The position numbers and the translations under genes are program-made. Positions 62,090 to 64,000 of a stretch of 64,000 nt of DNA are shown in pieces; the stretch's first letter is position 1, and each line of letters starts with the position of its first letter. Under the pieces are notes generated by a model. It was not told the origin of the DNA and searched no databases. It was given only the letters and a program-made list of their open reading frames with translations. Where the stretch lies: the IMG/VR virus record IMGVR_UViG_3300035661_000001, positions 62,001 through 126,000 of that record. One strand, 5' to 3'.

Positions 62090-62164
62090 CGAGTAAAAGG
62101 TCAGCTGGTTGCAGCCGGAGTTCTTATAAAGCTCTTGAGGTGGGTTCGATCCCCATTTACTCGA
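62090..62164 (+). tRNA. tRNA-Ile(TAT), copy 2
   Basis: Identical to 26572-26646 except compensated acceptor pairs (CGAGTAA/TTACTCG). Confidence 0.85.
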
Positions 62165-62181
62165 CTGAAAGAAATTTAAAC

Positions 62182-62604
62182 ATGTATGAATGGCGTAATA
62201 CAGATCCACGAATAGATATCAACAAAAGAGCTGATATCATTATCATAAGACCTGATTATGAAGTTAGTAAATCACACGTAGAGACTAAACATGTTTATTG
62301 TATCTTTACAAATTTTTCCGATATACGATGTATAGGTGAAGGAAAAGATTGGGATACTGAATGGAAATGGATATGGGGTCCACATTTTGGAAAATATGAT
62401 TGGGATGAATGGAAAAATTCTGATCCTAGATTCGATGTAAAAGATAATAAAAATATTGTTATTGTTGCCCCTTGGTTTGGGGCAGGTAGTGGTATAGTAG
62501 ATAATGAAAACGGTTGGAGCATAACATCGCCTTTTGAAGGACATGAAGTTGTAACTGTGGATGATGAATGGTGCCAAGATTGGTGGTGGATTTATGGACC
62601 ATAA
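62182..62604 (+). CDS. Trp-rich protein with two tandem domain repeats
   Basis: 'EW.N.DPR.D...W...W.W..GP' twice. Confidence 0.6.
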   Translation: MYEWRNTDPRIDINKRADIIIIRPDYEVSKSHVETKHVYCIFTNFSDIRCIGEGKDWDTEWKWIWGPHFGKYDWDEWKNSDPRFDVKDNKNIVIVAPWFGAGSGIVDNENGWSITSPFEGHEVVTVDDEWCQDWWWIYGP

Positions 62605-62618
62605 AATATAAGTATAAT

Positions 62619-62693
62619 GGCTTCTTAGCTGAGATAGATTAGCGTATCCCTAAAGAGGATGAGAGGTTGGCGCAATACCAACAGGAGCCACCA
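62619..62693 (+). tRNA. tRNA with AAA anticodon (Phe-decoding?), T loop CGCAATA
   Basis: GGCTTCT/AGGAGCC; TATCC-CTAAAGA-GGATG; GTTGG/CCAAC; encoded CCA. Confidence 0.7.
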
Positions 62694-62756
62694 AAGATTA
62701 ACATTCCGAACTACGCGAGGTAGGGGCGTAGCTGTTAAAAATATCCTAGGAAAAAT

Positions 62757-62832
62757 GGCACTGTCGTATTTGTGGTCAAGACTCGGGTCTGAAAAGCCCA
62801 GAAAAGCGGATCGTTACCGCTCGGTGCCACCA
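62757..62832 (+). tRNA. tRNA-Phe(GAA), T loop ATCGTTA
   Basis: GGCACTG/CGGTGCC; loop CTGAAAA; encoded CCA. Confidence 0.8.
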
Positions 62833-63284
62833 AAACAAATTAAAGAGGTGGGCTAACATAAGCAGCCATCCTATAATGAGTTGCGAAAAGAATAAAGATA
62901 GATTAAGAAGGCGTTAATATGAAATTTATAAGGAAAAGTTAAATGTCATGGTGGTATGAACATCCAGAAGATTTGCAAAAATTATTGCAACCTAGTAGAG
63001 ATTTAGATAAGCAATTGATTAAACCTTTTGTAAATGAAAAGGGATATCTTGAACATTTAGATAAAAATGGTAAGATGATTAATGGATTACCAAAAAACAT
63101 TAGAATTAAATGTGGAGATTTAATGCAAGAAAGATTTCGCATCATAGATGAATATAATGGTACTCATCCAGGCAGTATATGCATAAAGTGTGGCGAAATC
63201 ATTTTAGCCAGTCAAAATGGTAAGTGTATGAATATTGCTGATTGCCCAGACGCACCGCCATTTATTGGAGGTTAAAAATTTTTT

Positions 63285-63558
63285 ATGAAAAGACATAAAG
63301 TTAAAGAACATTCTGGTAAAAACAGAATATTCTATATTCACGCGTATTAATGTACATAGTCCGCTCCCATCCGTCGAAGACATATTCGTAGTAGAGGGTC
63401 CTCAGTCCAAAGAAGATTTTGAAGATTTCAGATTTGACGATTGGGATAAACAAATAATTCAATACGGTAATGAATCAGAAGATGATGTTTTACTCGCAAT
63501 GACCAAACATGAAACCGAAAGACTATATTTTATGTTAGGGAAAGCATTAGGAAAATGA
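63285..63558 (+). CDS. Hypothetical protein with a +1 indel in the A-run at about 63320
   Basis: Two frames join; ends in an ATGA overlap with 63555. Confidence 0.45.
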
Positions 63559-64000
63559 TTTTCTTTTCTTTTGAAAGAGATAAAATTTTAGAAAAACTAG
63601 TATTACCGGAACACATGATTGTATATCAGTACAACGATATGTTTTTGTATTGTACGGCTTGTGCCGAAGGGAAATTTATTACTTCTTATAACAATGAGTT
63701 TTACGAAAAAACTCATCAAGATCTTGCCAAAGATAATGTAAAATATGATAGTCCAATTTATGATGCTGCGTTAGAAGAAATAGCTAATCATTATTTGAAT
63801 TTATTAAACCCATTTATTACTTATCATAGCAAATGCATTGCCTCAGAAGAAAATAGGCAATGGAATTTACATTGCTTGTAAATTAATAATTTTTATTCGG
63901 TGAAAAATAATTATGGATTTATTGACTCTTTTGAAATTAGATTTATCAGTTCGTGCTGATAATAATCTTTGGGGTAGTGGTTTGGGAGGTAATCCTTCTG

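Noticed and set aside
8994-63558. Frameshifts at about 9310, 19870, 36835, 46790-46820, 56525, 56700, 59365 and 63320 as programmed frameshifting or phase variation
   Set aside because: All are single-base indels in homopolymer runs in unrelated genes with no common stimulatory structure; sequencing or assembly error is the simplest explanation. Read pile-ups would settle it.
1-64000. Genome-wide TAG recoding (code 15)
   Set aside because: Long genes are intact under the standard code and several end in TAG followed soon by another stop or a new gene (17356, 19504, 26529, 30028).
1-64000. CRISPR array, retron or diversity-generating retroelement
   Set aside because: No regularly spaced direct repeats, Cas genes or reverse transcriptase motifs seen.

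Overview
Best read as a 64-kb segment of a very large (jumbo/huge) bacteriophage genome. The evidence is dense, mostly + strand short hypothetical ORFs, about 12 free-standing homing endonucleases (HNH, GIY-YIG, LAGLIDADG; 8 of them antisense to their neighbours), about 17 tRNA or tRNA-like genes, and a few antisense virion-like genes. No capsid, terminase or polymerase gene is in the window, so the phage call is inference. Main modules: (1) 0-7 kb, a phiEco32-like amidoligase cluster (ATP-grasp, amidoligase with an inserted LysM domain, class II glutamine amidotransferase, COOH-NH2 ligase); (2) a translation toolkit with a stripped-down LeuRS (no CP1 editing, leucine-specific or C-terminal domain), a ThrRS without editing domains, GluRS, a stand-alone AlaRS fragment, ribosome recycling factor, a TrmH-like methylase, and non-canonical tRNAs (Leu-UAA without a variable arm, a CUA-anticodon candidate, two Ile-UAU copies, an AAA-anticodon tRNA, a tRNA scaffold with a structured 49-nt insertion); (3) host-interaction and metabolic accessory genes (radical SAM, M50 protease, AAA ATPase, LemA/TPM, Nudix, kinase-like, H1-like protein, two DNA adenine methylases, 5'-3' exonuclease). 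Several genes carry single-base indels in homopolymer runs, probably sequencing or assembly errors, so single-nucleotide oddities need read-level confirmation. All family assignments come from motif recognition by eye, not database searches.
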